From Salpingoeca rosetta (lineage: Eukaryota > Protista > Choanoflagellata), in NCBI GenBank assembly GCA_033442325.1, contig JAWQFM010000030.1, forward strand, positions 442,212 to 506,211: a stretch of 64,000 nucleotides of DNA. Direction: 5' to 3'. Shown one piece after another: positions 1 through 15,884 of this stretch (its first letter is position 1; each line of letters begins with the position of its first letter). Under the pieces are notes generated by a model. It saw nothing but the letters and a program-made list of their open reading frames with translations, was not told the DNA's origin and made no database searches. The translations under genes were made by a program, and so were the position numbers.

Positions 1-39
<39 letters not shown>

Positions 40-56
40 CACCACAGTCAACGCAC

Positions 57-218
57 TTGACGCTGATGGGGCGAGGGAAGATGAAGAAAACGATGCAGAA
101 GACCACGGCGAGCGTGAGCAGGATGCTCACCCCGATGATGAGCCGCCTGTTTCCACACAAGAAAAGCGACGACAACAGCATCAGTGCAGGAGAGAAACGA
201 CAACGACACCCCAACAAC

Positions 219-278
<60 letters not shown>

Positions 279-396
279 CTTCAAACACGTGTGCGCGTGT
301 ATCAATGCAACCAGCAACTAACGTTCGTCTCGGCTTCAATCGCTGGTCGCTGTATGGAATGAGCGCCACGAGCTCATTCGGCTTCACGCACTCATC

Positions 397-427
<31 letters not shown>

Positions 428-617
428 GTGTAGCGAGCGTGAAAGGAAGGTTGTGCGCTTCATGTTCAGGCACCATCAATACCACCAACGCAGTCAACAC
501 CTTCATCGCCACATCCTGCTCCCTTGCGGCTTTACCGTTGCGCCTGATCTTGCCCTTGCCCGCACACGTGGGGCAGGTGTCGTGGATCTTGGGCGGCTTG
601 TACTGTATCTGGCTCAT
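57..617 (-). CDS. TMEM106: TMEM106 family lysosomal type II membrane protein, first three exons (617-536, 395-323, 146-57); continues beyond the left edge
   Basis: Splicing at GT-AG sites gives [82 protein letters not shown]. This matches the TMEM106 signature CPTCxGxG...[12 protein letters not shown]+PRRT-TM-FPR. Confidence 0.93.
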
Positions 618-1775
618 CCCGGAGTCAATGTGCAGCCGTCAAAGTACAACAGAGCAACAAGCATGCAAGCAACAGCAACCGCTGTGGTTTGCTTCGTTGG
701 AGTTGGAGCTGTGGAGGATGACGATTGCGGTGTGTAAAGTCGTCGTGTGCGTTGTTTGTGTTTTTGCGTGGCTGCTGTTCCTTTCCACACCATATTTTTG
801 TATGTCGTGTGTCGTGCTGGGTTGGAGGGATGTAATTTATCATGTCGTCAACAGTTGTGCCGTGAGCAAGACACTGCGCTGCGAAACGCGCGCGCATCAA
901 ATATGAGACTGAAGCAAGCAAGCAAGCAAGCAAGAGCGCTGTTGACAACACCATTCGCAACGGACCTGCATCTTGCTCCCAAAGTGCAAGCAAAAAAAAT
1001 AATGTGACAAAAGGCAAGAAGGAAGCAAGCAACTGTTGCTGGTGGCACGGCAACCAAGCAACCAAGCATGAGGCGTGGTAAAAACACACCGACAGTTAGG
1101 TTGAAAGTGTATGAACACGCAACCAACATCAACCTGTCCATGGCTGAACAGTTCAGGGAAGAGAGGAGAAGATCAACGAAGACAAGAAATTGGAAGAAGC
1201 ACAGAAACACCTGGTTGCTTGAAGCTGCAAGCAGGAGACAACGGAACCCGACGTTGGGGAGGGTAGTGTAACAAAGGGCAAAAGGGGCCCGCTCGTGGTT
1301 CAGCTGTTAGGGATGAATCAAGAACGAAAGAAGAAGGAAAACACGCAAACCAAAGCGCAAAACCACAAAACGAAAAAACAGCGTGCAACATAAAGTAAGA
1401 CAACAGAATGCAACGACGGACAGACAAGCAAGCGGATAACGGGGATAGGTGGTAAAACGCTGCTCAGCACGTGGCCAGCCCACGGCGTGCACGCAAGAAC
1501 AATCAATAATCAGCAGGCAGCAAGCAGCAAGCAGCGGGCACAAGGGCGGGGAAGAAGATGAGATGCACTCATGTGCTTTGTAACATGACGTGATCACAAA
1601 CATAATCGAATAAAGGCACGCAGGGGCCAATGGCAAAAGCAGCAGTCTGCCCAGCAGGTGCTTCTGCTTTCTTTGCCAGCCATCAAATCAAGCACACGCT
1701 GTCGCAGTGGAGTGGAGAGAGAATGAGGGGAATGGCGAATGGCGAATGGCGCATGGAGGACGATGAAAAGCACTG

Positions 1776-1984
1776 CTACCGCTGGTGAAACTGGTCCGCG
1801 CCCGTGGTGGGAGGCTGCCTCACTTCGCCTCTGTTGTACATCTGCGTCAGAGCGGTTTGGATGCCTGCAGGGCAACAAAGCAAGAAGTGAGATGTGCGTT
1901 GAGTGCGTGTGTGTGTGCAGACAAGAGGGCGGGGTGGAACAGATCAGCCGGCACGAGAGGACATGCACAAAACACACAAACACA

Positions 1985-2077
<93 letters not shown>

Positions 2078-2591
2078 GCACACACAGCGAGCGCTCACGT
2101 GACTGCACTTCGTGTGAAAACCGGGAGCAGATGGCAAGAGTGCGGCAGCGCGTGCAAATCTCATCTTGTTGGTGAAAAGTAAAGAAACACATCAGAGACA
2201 AAAAAGCAAGGCATGTCAGGGATGTCTAGTGCAGAGAGTGCGGCGTACGACAGCGAACTTGCACAGCACAGCACACACACACACACACGCACGCACACAC
2301 ACACACGTACATCATAACAAGACAAGCAGCAAACACACACACTCACACATCACAACACGGCAAAACCAGGCGTTCATGTCAACCATTGGATCGCATACTT
2401 GATGGCACAGAGGTGTGGTAGGCTGAGGGCGGACAAGCGTTGGTTCCGGACTTGCATCCCCGTGGGATATAGTGCATCAACGCTGATTCAAGGGGGAATG
2501 TGGTGGACAACACGGCGCTGATGAGGTACTTGCATAGAACCGAATGCCCCCCCCCGCACGCACAACAAGCGGCAGTCAAACAAACAGACAG

Positions 2592-2654
<63 letters not shown>

Positions 2655-2840
2655 AACTCTGTGGGCTTACCGCGCTCGAAATCATTGACTGTGAGGTCGG
2701 AGGGAGAGGCAGGAACAACGACGTTGCCTTCACGGATGCCACGTGACCATTTGCGAATGTCATTGTGCAAGCCGCCAAAGCACTTGTTGCAGATCCTGCA
2801 ATTGTGAGCAGGGTGACAAATAATCGTGAGATGGTGCGCA

Positions 2841-2899
<59 letters not shown>

Positions 2900-4176
2900 C
2901 ACACACACAAGCACACACGCACACAAGCACACAAGCACACACACACAAACACACACACACACACACACAGACACACACAGCCGCCACAATTCGAAACCTA
3001 CTTTGATGCAGAGTTTCGACCAGGACCTTCGCAGATAGGGCAGACGTGTTGAGAGGACGTGGTATCATCTGGATTGCTGCCTGCAGGCATGCGCTGCTGG
3101 TGCTGGGTGAAGAACCCAAAGCTGTTGCCGACAGGACCAGCCACGCCCATGTCCGTCAAGGGCATGCTGGCCCCAGGCACCTGTCCATATGCACCGTGGC
3201 GCAGCGCGCTGGTGGCGTTGCCTGCATGCAACCTGGCTGCCGCCGCAGCTGCCGGTGTTGGAGCGGAGGTGTCGCCTGGTGCGGAGGTTTGCAGCATGGA
3301 AAGCAGGGCGACTGGATCAACATGCCCATTCCCGAGCATGGCTGCAGGTGGGGGCGGGGCAGTGGGTGGAGGAATCCCATTTCCTGGTTGCTGCAGTTGT
3401 GGTTGTTGCTGCAAGTGTGGTTGTTGCTGCAAGTGTGGTTGCAAGTGCTGCTGTTGCTGTTGCTGCGTCAGCTGGTGTTGCAGTTCTGCTGCCTCTGTGA
3501 GAAAAGGTCGCTTCGCTGGTGGCTCATCTTGGCCTGTGCCATCGGCGTGCACGGATGCGTCCACGCCAACGCCCGAGTCTGCACCGCCGCCGTGAAGCCG
3601 CATCTGCTCCTGCTCCTCACGCAGTTGTTGCTGCAGCAGGAGCTGCTCTTGGTTGGGCGTTGGGTTGCCTGCAGGCATGCACGACAACGTAGATGTCGAG
3701 ACATACTGCATGCCCGCAGACGCAACAGACCAGCCCGAACCGGCAGGCTGACCGTGCTCCACGTGGGCATGCAGTTGCTGTTGTTGCTGTTGTTGCTGTT
3801 GTTGCTGTTGTTGCTGTTGTGTGAAATCGCCTACATGTTGCTGCTGTTGGTGGTACTGAACGTGTTCAGGTTGGCGTTGGCGGTCGTGAGCGCGGGCGCT
3901 GGGGGTTGGCATGTTGCTATCGTCGTACATTGGCTGGGACTGTGCCGTCACCACGCCCGAGAGTGTGGACGACGTGTGGGGCGGATGTGGCGGGTGCGTG
4001 GTGCCAGGCGTGGGTGGAAGCGACCACACGTCATGCGAGGCGCGCCGAAATGGATCCAGCACCGCTGATGGCGACAGTGGCATGCGGAACAACGACGGCG
4101 ATCCAATGTCCTGGCTGAGCCATGCTGACGGGCTCCCAGGTGTCATGGGTGGCTGCGAAGGCGATGTATGGCTGGG

Positions 4177-4265
<89 letters not shown>

Positions 4266-4926
4266 CGAGGTATGAAGGCGGCTGTTGCGGCTGTGGCTGA
4301 TGCCGATCCTCAAGAAACCGCAGCAGCTGCTGTACCATTGCTTCCGGCGGCTGGTCGCGCTGCTGCAGCTGTTGTTGTTGCGGCGGTGTTGGTTGTTGCT
4401 GGAATTGCACAAATGCTTGTAAAACCGCACCCGCTTCGGACAAGTAGCCGGCACCATCACCTGGTTGGGCCTGCGGCTGTTGCTGTTGCGAAAAGTGATT
4501 GAGCAGGACGCGACAGCAGTGCGGCACCATCCATGATGCAACAGTGTCGTGCAACTGACCACCGAGCCAGGCACCAAACACAGCCCTCACAGTTCGCAGA
4601 TCAGCACATCCTGGGGGTGGCCCTGCGCACTGCTGCTGCTGTTGCTGCTCCTGTTGTTGCAATTGTGGTTGTTGTGGCAGTTGTTGTGGTTGCAGCTGTG
4701 GTTGTTGTGGCAGTTGTTGTTGTTGTTGTTGTGGTTGCAGCTGTGGTTGTTGTGGCAGTTGTTGTTGTTGTTGTGGCTGGTGTTGTGGCTGGTGTTGTTG
4801 CTGCCCTTCTTGTTGCTGACGTCGTTGCAGCTGCCGCTGTTGCTGTTGTTGCAGTTGTTGCTGTTGCTGTCCCTGCTCGCCCACGTTTGCGAGGTGGAAC
4901 TGGTCAGGGGCGTGTCTGTCCCCCAT
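1776..4926 (-). CDS. Q-rich putative transcription factor A with C-terminal nine-Cys double zinc finger (nuclear-receptor-DBD-like); exons 4926-3002, 2795-2671, 2482-2399, 2164-2099, 1864-1776
   Basis: Long polyQ/Pro-rich first exon with NLS-like PPAKRP. Four GT-AG introns splice in frame to CPICEGPGRNSASKICNKCFGGLHNDIRKW...IPRGCKSGTNACPPSAYHTSVPSNEICTRCRTLAICSRF; TAG at 1778-1776. The paralogue at 17045-22654 supports the spliced model. Confidence 0.8.
4176..4265. repeat. Pure (GTT/CAA)n tract encoding about 30 Gln in protein A
   Basis: Uninterrupted trinucleotide run in frame in the minus-strand ORF. Confidence 0.95.
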
Positions 4927-7900
4927 GTCCGTACTGAGCGCTGCGATGGAGCTGGCGATGTTCTTGGAATCCCAACGCGGCTGCGCGGCGGGCGGAGGCT
5001 CGTGAGGCCCGTGGACAGATGCTTGCTTCGAGGAGGCAGAGAAAATGGAGATCAGAAGTCACCGACGAGGGAGGGAGGTTGAAGATGTTTGTTTGGGAGG
5101 GGAGTCGGGGTTGAGAGTCTGTGCTGGTGGGACAAAGAGACGAAGCAGAGAGAGGGAAACAAGTGAGGGTCAAAACCAAAAACCAGGAGTTGGAAGGTGC
5201 AAGCAAACGGAAAATCGAAAAAGTGGAGGCGTGTGGTGTTGTTTGCCTGCACAAGAACGCACGCCCAGAGCCAAGGCTCCAATGGGTTGTTGAGGAGTCA
5301 ACCACCAACAAAGGACAGGAGAAGACAAAGGAGGGAATACCTACTTGAATGGACTTGGGCTGGAGGAACAACAGAAGCAGCAGAGACAGCAATGACAGCA
5401 GCTGCTGAGTGTCACAGCGTGCGGGGTCTTGCTACTCGCTCGGAAGAAGGGCGGGAGGGGATCACCGCCTGCACCGGCCTGGGTGTCGCGTGTCCTGTGT
5501 TCGCAACTGTTGGTTGGGGGTCCTGTGTTGGGTGGGTGCACACGCGCGGTTGCCCGTGCCTGCAGGCAAAGCGCAAAGCACGAACCAAACCAAGATTTGT
5601 GTTGGTTGGTGTGGGAGTAAGGCCAGGGAGGGAAGGGTGGAGACAATGAGAAAGGGAGTACACGCCACGCGATCGAAGCGCAACAATGGGGAGACGGTGC
5701 GTGGATGAGATGAGGCGTTTGAAACGGGTGTTTGCAGTGGAGTTTGCGATGGCGGTGAAGAAGAAAGGGGGGGGGGGGAGGGAGGAGAGCAGTGAAGGGA
5801 AGGAAGCTGTGGAGAGTTACAGGGGCAAAAGGGAAAATGGTGCGTGATATGCGAGAGCTAGGATAGCCGTGTGCGTGTCAGCGAGAGCCATTCATTCAAA
5901 AAGAGAGGAGGGTGTTGGCTCAAAATGCGTGGAAGATTGCGGTGAATGTCAAGGGAAACGGGTAAGGAGGGGGAAAAGATGGGGGATGAGACACGCCGTC
6001 ACGCAACCAACAAAGAAACAGCTTCACTGACAAGGTGATGTGACGGCAGCAACCAAGCACGAGCACTGCAAGTGTCATGCGCCAACAATGTGCATGCAGT
6101 GCACAACGAAACAAGATGAGGCAAAGCTTGAAGAAAAGCGAGCCACACCACACACGCACCACGCACACACACACATACACCACATGCACGTGTGCATGTG
6201 ATTCAAGGGCGAGCGCTGGAAGTGAAGAGAGTCGGAGGACAAAGAGAGTGGAGGAGAGGGTGGCGAAGCCAGCCTGGAAACAAAACATTACCAACCACCT
6301 TCGGGAACGCCAAGAAGTCAAATAGAAGCACTCATCGTGGCGTGCAACAAACGAACACAAGTGGGGTGAGGTGGGGAGCAAGTCAGCCCAACACACCCAA
6401 CGCACACACACACACACACACACGAATGCAGACGGTGGCAATACGTAGGCGGAGAAGCACAAAGAAGCGACGATGGAAGCCAGGACACAGAGGCTCGGCC
6501 ATGACCAAGAGGATCGGTAAGTCGCGGACGAGGGACAACAGCGTTGCTCACGCCCCATCCTGCTCGAAGCAAACTTCAAAACTCAACCGATCGCACACAC
6601 ACTGATACGAGTTGTTGGCGCATCGAAAGCCAAGCAACCGATCGAGCGATCAGTGTGCGCGCAGACGCATGCACGCACACCAAAACAAAGCGGACACCAC
6701 AGTGCCGACGGAGATGGAGAGGGAAAGAAAGGAGGAGAGGAGGAGAGAGAGAGAGAGAGAGCAGGGTGCACACACACGCACACATACACACACAGACACA
6801 CACACACACGCACACACACACACACACGCACACACACACACACACACACACACGCACAAGCAGACGCATAGACGAGCACAGGACACACGCACTGTGAGGG
6901 TGCAGCTGGGATACAAAACGATTGGAGTGAATGACAGCTTACCACCAAGTGTTGCTGATTTTCAAAACAACAGTGCGTGGTGCTGTGTGAGTGTGTGTTG
7001 GCAATGGTGGTTTGCGTGCGTGTCCGGCTCAGCTGTTGATGGTGGTATCGTGGTTGTCCATAAAAAACACGAGGAAGTGCACCAGAGCAAGCACGGCAAG
7101 CACGCCAAGAAACGTGCGATGAGCGAGATGCGTGTGAGATGTGAGTGATATTGGGTGGGTGATCGTGAGATGAATTGTACTTGGGAAATGGATGTCACTG
7201 TCATAACACAAGATCAACAAGCACACACAAGATCAACAAACAACACACACAAGCACACACACATAAGCCAGCGGGAGGAGGAGCACGCAAAGCATCAAAA
7301 AGGGAAGGGCACAAGCGCAGAAGGACAGAAGCAAGGGCGGCAACCACATCTAGAACAGCAGAGACCTGCGTTTCGCTTGCGGAAAAAGTGACATGACATC
7401 AACCGACATGCAGCCCCAAGCAACAACAAGGAAGGGGAACAACAACAGCAACACATGCCTGGTTGGAGAAGGAAGCAAAAAAGCCACCGCACGAGCACGC
7501 ACACACGCACGCCCATCCCCCCCCCCCCAACACGCGCGCACGATGCAAGCATCGCCCATGTTGACATGTGCAAGTCAACCATCCAACCATCCACTTCAGC
7601 ACAAGGTGTCCTCCCCCAACCCATCCCTCCATCACCACCAACCGTTTGCGTTTGTGGTGCCTCAAATCTGGCTGTTGTGGCGTGGCAGTGGCTCGTGTTG
7701 TTTTGTCAGTGTTGTGGGGGTGAAGATGGAGAGACGAGGGAGAATGATGTTGCTGTTGTTCGTTGTTGTGGGTGGCTGTTGTGGTGGGTTGCTGTTGTTA
7801 CCTTGTGGCTGTTGCTGTGGGTGGGTTGCCTGGGTTGTTGGCGGCGTGAGATGTGTGATGTGATGGCAGCAGCAGCAGCGGTTGCAAGTGCGGTTGTTGC

Positions 7901-9022
7901 GGAGGAAGGTCAATCGCTCCACCCCTGGCCAACCCGTTGGTCAACAACGAACGTGCGAGGTCAAGGGGTCGGTCAGACACCGGTGCTCAAACCTTTGTCT
8001 CTGACTGGGGCGAGATCTGGGCGCTGGGACAAGGTTGGTGGTGGTGTGCGCACTTTCATTAACAACAAAGGACAGGGTCAGCAGCGTGCGTGCACGAAGA
8101 AAAAAAAAGGAAGAAGCACAACAGCACAAGCAAAACAAGGCAACCAAACGAAGGAAGGAAGTGCGCCTGGACTGAAGGTGAGCGTGGTTGCACATGCCGG
8201 AAGTGCAAGTCGGTCGCACAACAGCAACAAAAGCCAAAACCTTTGCTACTCGGCCTCGCCATCGTGAAAGCGTGCCCCACCAGTGGGAGACGGGACAAAT
8301 CCCGCACTGCGCTGGTGGCGTTGTTGCATGCAGGCAAAGCAGCCAACCCCGAAAACCACTGAAAACCAAAGAACGGCAAACGAAATTGACCCACAAACCA
8401 ACCACAAGGAAGAGTGGTTGGGAAAACGTTTACGCTCAACGGAGTTACTGGCGTTCAAAAAGGAAGCGAATGGCGTGCAAGTTGCCAGCGACGTTTCATT
8501 CGGTTCATTCGCCACTCGCCTGACCCAACACGGACTGGATCTTGCGTGCGCTACACTTCCAATGACGTGATAATCGCCACGCCAAGCACGTGCTCACATT
8601 TCGATTGCCGTCATTGGTATCGCAACAACCACGCACATTCGCACTTTGCACTTGGTTGATTGCGTTGTACATCTCCGTGCGTCATGAGATGATGAGGTGT
8701 GTTGTGTTGTTGGCTTTGGACGCGTTGCTCTGAGGTGGTTGCTTTTGGTGTTCATGAAGCAGTTGAACCACGTGTACAGGTCGTGAGGGAAGAAGCAGAA
8801 CGCACGGAGAAGACTGCGGCCGTTGATGACATGAGGAGGAACGCCCAGCAAGAAAAACGCAACTGACAGGCAAAGCAACACAAGGAGGAAGAGAGAGGAT
8901 GCAGTTGATACATATAGATAGCCGCAGTTGATGCAAATAATTGCAGCACAAAGTGGTTGGTGTTGTTGCTGTGCTCGTGGCTGTGGTTGGTGTTGTTGTT
9001 GTTGCTTTCGTCGGTGTTGTTG

Positions 9023-11719
<2,697 letters not shown>

Positions 11720-12005
11720 TTGCGCACGTGTTTGTGTGTGCGTGTGTGTGTGTAAACGCGGAAGCGTTGTGCGTCAACAAAGCTGAGGCTTGCCTATGCT
11801 CGAATGCTGTACACCAACCTGCTCTCTAACCTCACCCTTCCACACTCAAGGCACTTGCAGTGTGATGCTGCGACGCTGCGACGCTGCGATGCCGAAACCA
11901 ACCACCAGCCAACACAACAATCGCTCCACAACACCCCCTTCTTTTGTTTGTGTGTTGGGTGAATTGTTGGCGATTTGCGGATGATTTCATTTGGTTTTCG
12001 TCAAG
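11720..12005. promoter_or_regulatory. Probable bidirectional promoter (CCDC-like gene / claudin-AGTRAP gene)
   Basis: Divergent start codons are under 300 bp apart. Confidence 0.5.
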
Positions 12006-13998
12006 ATGGATGATGATGAGCAGCAGGCGCTGCTGTCGTCGCGCACCACCACCGACGATGTCACGCTCACTGACGCCGCCGCCACACGCACTGCATTCAA
12101 GCACCAGCAGCAACAGGTGAAATGGGAGCGGGGCAGGACACTGAGATGGATCGGGCGTGGTTTGGCGCGAGTGAATGCGCGAAAGCGTGCAAAATGGATG
12201 CTCATCATGGCGGTGGTGTGCACGGTGGTGTGCTTTGTGACGACCGCTTCCCAGCCGTGGATTGTCAAGCACTTTGACACGGGAAGCAATGCCACAGCCG
12301 ACGTGAGCCATCATCGCGCCGCCCTTGGCCTGTGGCGGGTGTGCCACACGCAGGCGCAAGCAGCCACGGGATTCTCCAAGTCCTCCTGCTTCCTGTACAC
12401 GCATCACAACGCAATCCGGGAAACTGTGCACTTGAGCGTGAGCTCGCGTGTGACAACGACGATGGCAGTGGCCGGGTCCTCTTCCGTGGCGTGCTTGCTG
12501 CTCACGTTTGCATCCCTCTGCCTCAACTACCTCATCATGCGCGTGAACGCGCGCCCGCGCCCCCTCGCTCACCTCTTTCTACTCGCGACTGCATTCATCG
12601 CAGCCATCATCACTGCCGCTACCATGACGTGGCTCAAGGACCAGCGTGGCTTCAGGATCACCGCCAATGACAAGAGCAGCAAGAACGGACATGCTGGTTG
12701 GTCGCTCGCGCTGTACGCGGTCCACGTCGTGCTCCTTGCTGCTACATCCATTGTGCTCCTCATCTCCGTTCTTGGGCGACAAGGCAGGGCCCAATACACC
12801 ACCGGCACCGGCACCGACACCACTGACAGCAGCAACAACCACGCGACACGTGCAGCGTACAGTGACGCAGATACAGCTGCGTCCACCTTGACGAGTGCAC
12901 TGAGCGCCAGTGACGGTGTTGGTGGACAGGGCACGCTGCTTGTGGCGCTGCTTGACCTGTGCATTGGCGTGCACACGGTGTGTGCTGTCGCTGGTGGTGC
13001 TGGGGCCAGTGGCATGTTCGCCTACAACATCGCCCTTGCCCCCATCCTACTGATCGCGCGCTTCCACCACACGAGCAACAACAGAAGCAACACCAGCAAC
13101 ACTAGCAACAGCAGTGGCAGTTGCATCAGCAGATGGATTGCGAGGAATAAGGTGTTCGTGGCAACGTGTGTGTACCTTGTTCTGAGCATGGTCGTGGACG
13201 TGGCCTTGTTTGCAGCACGCACAAAGGCGCTGCTGCAACAGGCTGCGGATGGAACGCAACTGGTGCTTGCAGGCAACATGCTGTCCTTTCTCGTCAAGCC
13301 CTTCACGCTTGCGCTTTTCGTCCGGTGGGCAAGGAAGGGAGGTACCAACAGCAGCAGCACCAGCAGCACCAGCAGGTACGCTGACATCAGCGGCAGTGGC
13401 ATACCTGCTGGCGAGGGCGATTTGACTGTGCGTGTTCGTGCTGTGAGTCAGGGGCTGGTGTCGTCTCCAGGGCACGTTGTACTGGTGGGAGAGGAACGGT
13501 GCTCCGATAGCACAACGGCGCGTGATGCAAGTGCTGACGGGAACGCGGCTGCCGTGGTTGCAAACACTGCACGTGCTCCTGAGACCGACACACAAATACA
13601 ACAACAACACCAGCAGCAGCAGCAGCAGCAGCAGCGCAGGGGGCGGAAAAAGCGGAGGAAGAAGCCATCGGCTCGAGGCCAACTTGCAGCGCTTGACGTG
13701 CCTGCAAGCACTGGGGTCATTGACGTGCTCGAGTTTGAGTCAACCACAACGGCAGCAACAGGCACTACACCAACAGCAACATCAACAAGAGCAACCGCAG
13801 CAACGGCTGGGGCTCGGCCCAGGCATCAACACGATACAGCAGGGCAGGGAGCAGAGATCACGACGGATACTCGCACTGCATCTGGCCAAGTTGTGCCCGG
13901 AGGTGCGAACAGTGGCCGTGAGCATCAACGTGCGTGTAGAAACGAGGGTGCGAGTAGCAAGGAGACTAACGAACAAGATAGTGGTGGAAGAAGTACTG

Positions 13999-14075
<77 letters not shown>

Positions 14076-15384
14076 GGGCTGGGCGTGGATGACGATGTGC
14101 TCTTTGCCAACGCGCGCAATTTCGACGCCGTGCTGAAGAATGCTCACGCTGGTGCCACTGATGGTGATAATCATGCACGTGCCACCAGCACCGCTACTCG
14201 TGGTCGTGTCGGTGGTGCGAGGAGTGGAGATGACACACGTGCTCCAAAGCGAAGGGCGCGGCGCGCGCGTTTGGAAAGGAGGGAGCGCGAGCGGATCGAG
14301 GCAACAGACACGCTTGCACCACTTGACCTCGTGCAACTGCGCATGCACACACGCGCGCATCCGTCAGCATCACGCCATCGGACGAGCGGTGGATGGAGAG
14401 CACAACCAGACCTGCGCGATGAACGCTCTGGCATCGTCAGTGATGACGATGATGGTGTTGACGATGATGGTGGAGGTGCGAGGAGGAGAGGTGGGAGTTT
14501 GGATCGCAACAACGCTGCACGCGTGCGGCCAATGCAAACACACGCACCGCTGCAAGCAGGTAATCACGTTGGTGGTGTCGTTGAACACTCGAAAGCTACA
14601 GGCGGCGTTGGCGAACACGTAGGAAGACAGCGCGCTTTGAGTGACACGGCTGCCAAAAGTGAGAATGGTGATGGTGATGATGACGATGGTGGTGATGACG
14701 AGCAAGCGCGCAACAGTGCACAACAGCAGCACCAGCAACAACAACAACAACGACGACAACAAAAACAACAACAACAACAGCAACAGCAACAGCAGCACCA
14801 GCACCAGCACCAACAACAAGGTGTTATTGGTCGCTTGTTCCGATCGCGGTCGTTCACCGCCCTTTTCCGTCGCAGCGATGACAGACACCACCAAGACAGT
14901 GGTGATGGTGGTAATGATGGTGAGAACAATGCAAGGCACGCCACCACAGGCAGCAGCAGCAGCAGGAGCAAGTATACTGACAACGATGACGTTTACAGGA
15001 GATATGATCAAGACCGCGCTCCTGCTGCTCCTGCTGCTCCTGCTGGTGTCGATGCGCGCACGTGCAATGATGTCACCGGTCGTGGACAGGCTCGCCCGGC
15101 CGTCGCACCACGAAACGCAACGACAGCAGGTGCACGTGCAACAGCCGTGGATGAGAGCACCCGTCGTGCCAGATCACGCTCGCTGCAGCACTTGTCTGCA
15201 CATCATGTTTCCAACACCGATATTGGTCATGGTAGTGGGGCGGTAGTGGGGTCACACGGAGGCGACTCCTTGTTTGAGGGGAAGGAGGACTTACTCGTCA
15301 CGCGAGCAAGGTCGTCATCCCTAAATTTTTCATCACCGCAACCGTCGCACACAGCACGGCGCCTACATGCTGATCACACGAGTC

Positions 15385-15466
<82 letters not shown>

Positions 15467-15884
15467 GAAGATTCCACGGCGACATCGCCGCTCGCGTTCA
15501 TCCTCGTCATTGCGCGTTACAAACACGCATGCACACCAAGATGCACCCACCACCGACACCACCAGCACCAGCACACGTGAACACGTCGGGGTGGCCATGC
15601 CACAACCCACACCACCAGCAACTCAACGAGTTGCCGCTGCTGACAGCAAGCGTGCCAGCAGTGCCAGCGCCCGCGCACGGGTTCAGCGCAGCCGCAGCCA
15701 CAGCCGCACACGCACACGCACACGCCCACGCTCACGGACAGGATCTCTTCGCCACACGGAGGCAGTGGCAACAGACGCCAGACAGCAGACAGGGAAGGGG
15801 CGGGCGTGTCCGGTGTGTGGGCGCGTGTTTGCGGATGCAATCACAGTGGAGTTGCATCGCAGGCGAGGCAGCTGTGCCGACTGA
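12006..15884 (+). CDS. Single-exon membrane protein: claudin/PMP22-like 4-TM module + AGTRAP-like module + long disordered polyQ/RS tail + C-terminal C2HC zinc finger
   Basis: TM1 is followed by W...GLWRVC...C (claudin-superfamily signature) and three more hydrophobic helices. The second module GVHTVCAVAG..FAYNIAL..LSMVVDVALF..LSFLVKPFTLALFVRWARKGG resembles AGTRAP. Ends CPVCGRVFADAITVELHRRRGSC. Confidence 0.8.
14001..14074 (+). repeat. (CAA)n polyQ tract
   Basis: Pure CAA run in frame within the 12006-15884 CDS. Confidence 0.95.
15384..15466 (+). repeat. (CAA)n polyQ tract
   Basis: Pure CAA run in frame within the 12006-15884 CDS. Confidence 0.95.

Noticed and set aside
3046-5082. Plus-strand poly-Leu/Cys/Val ORFs overlapping gene A (similar ones oppose the claudin gene and gene B)
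   Set aside because: Antisense shadows of polyQ codons.
11766-11778. GTTGTGCGTCAAC as an RFX X-box upstream of the putative ciliary gene
   Set aside because: Only the outer GTTG/CAAC halves match the consensus; too weak to call.
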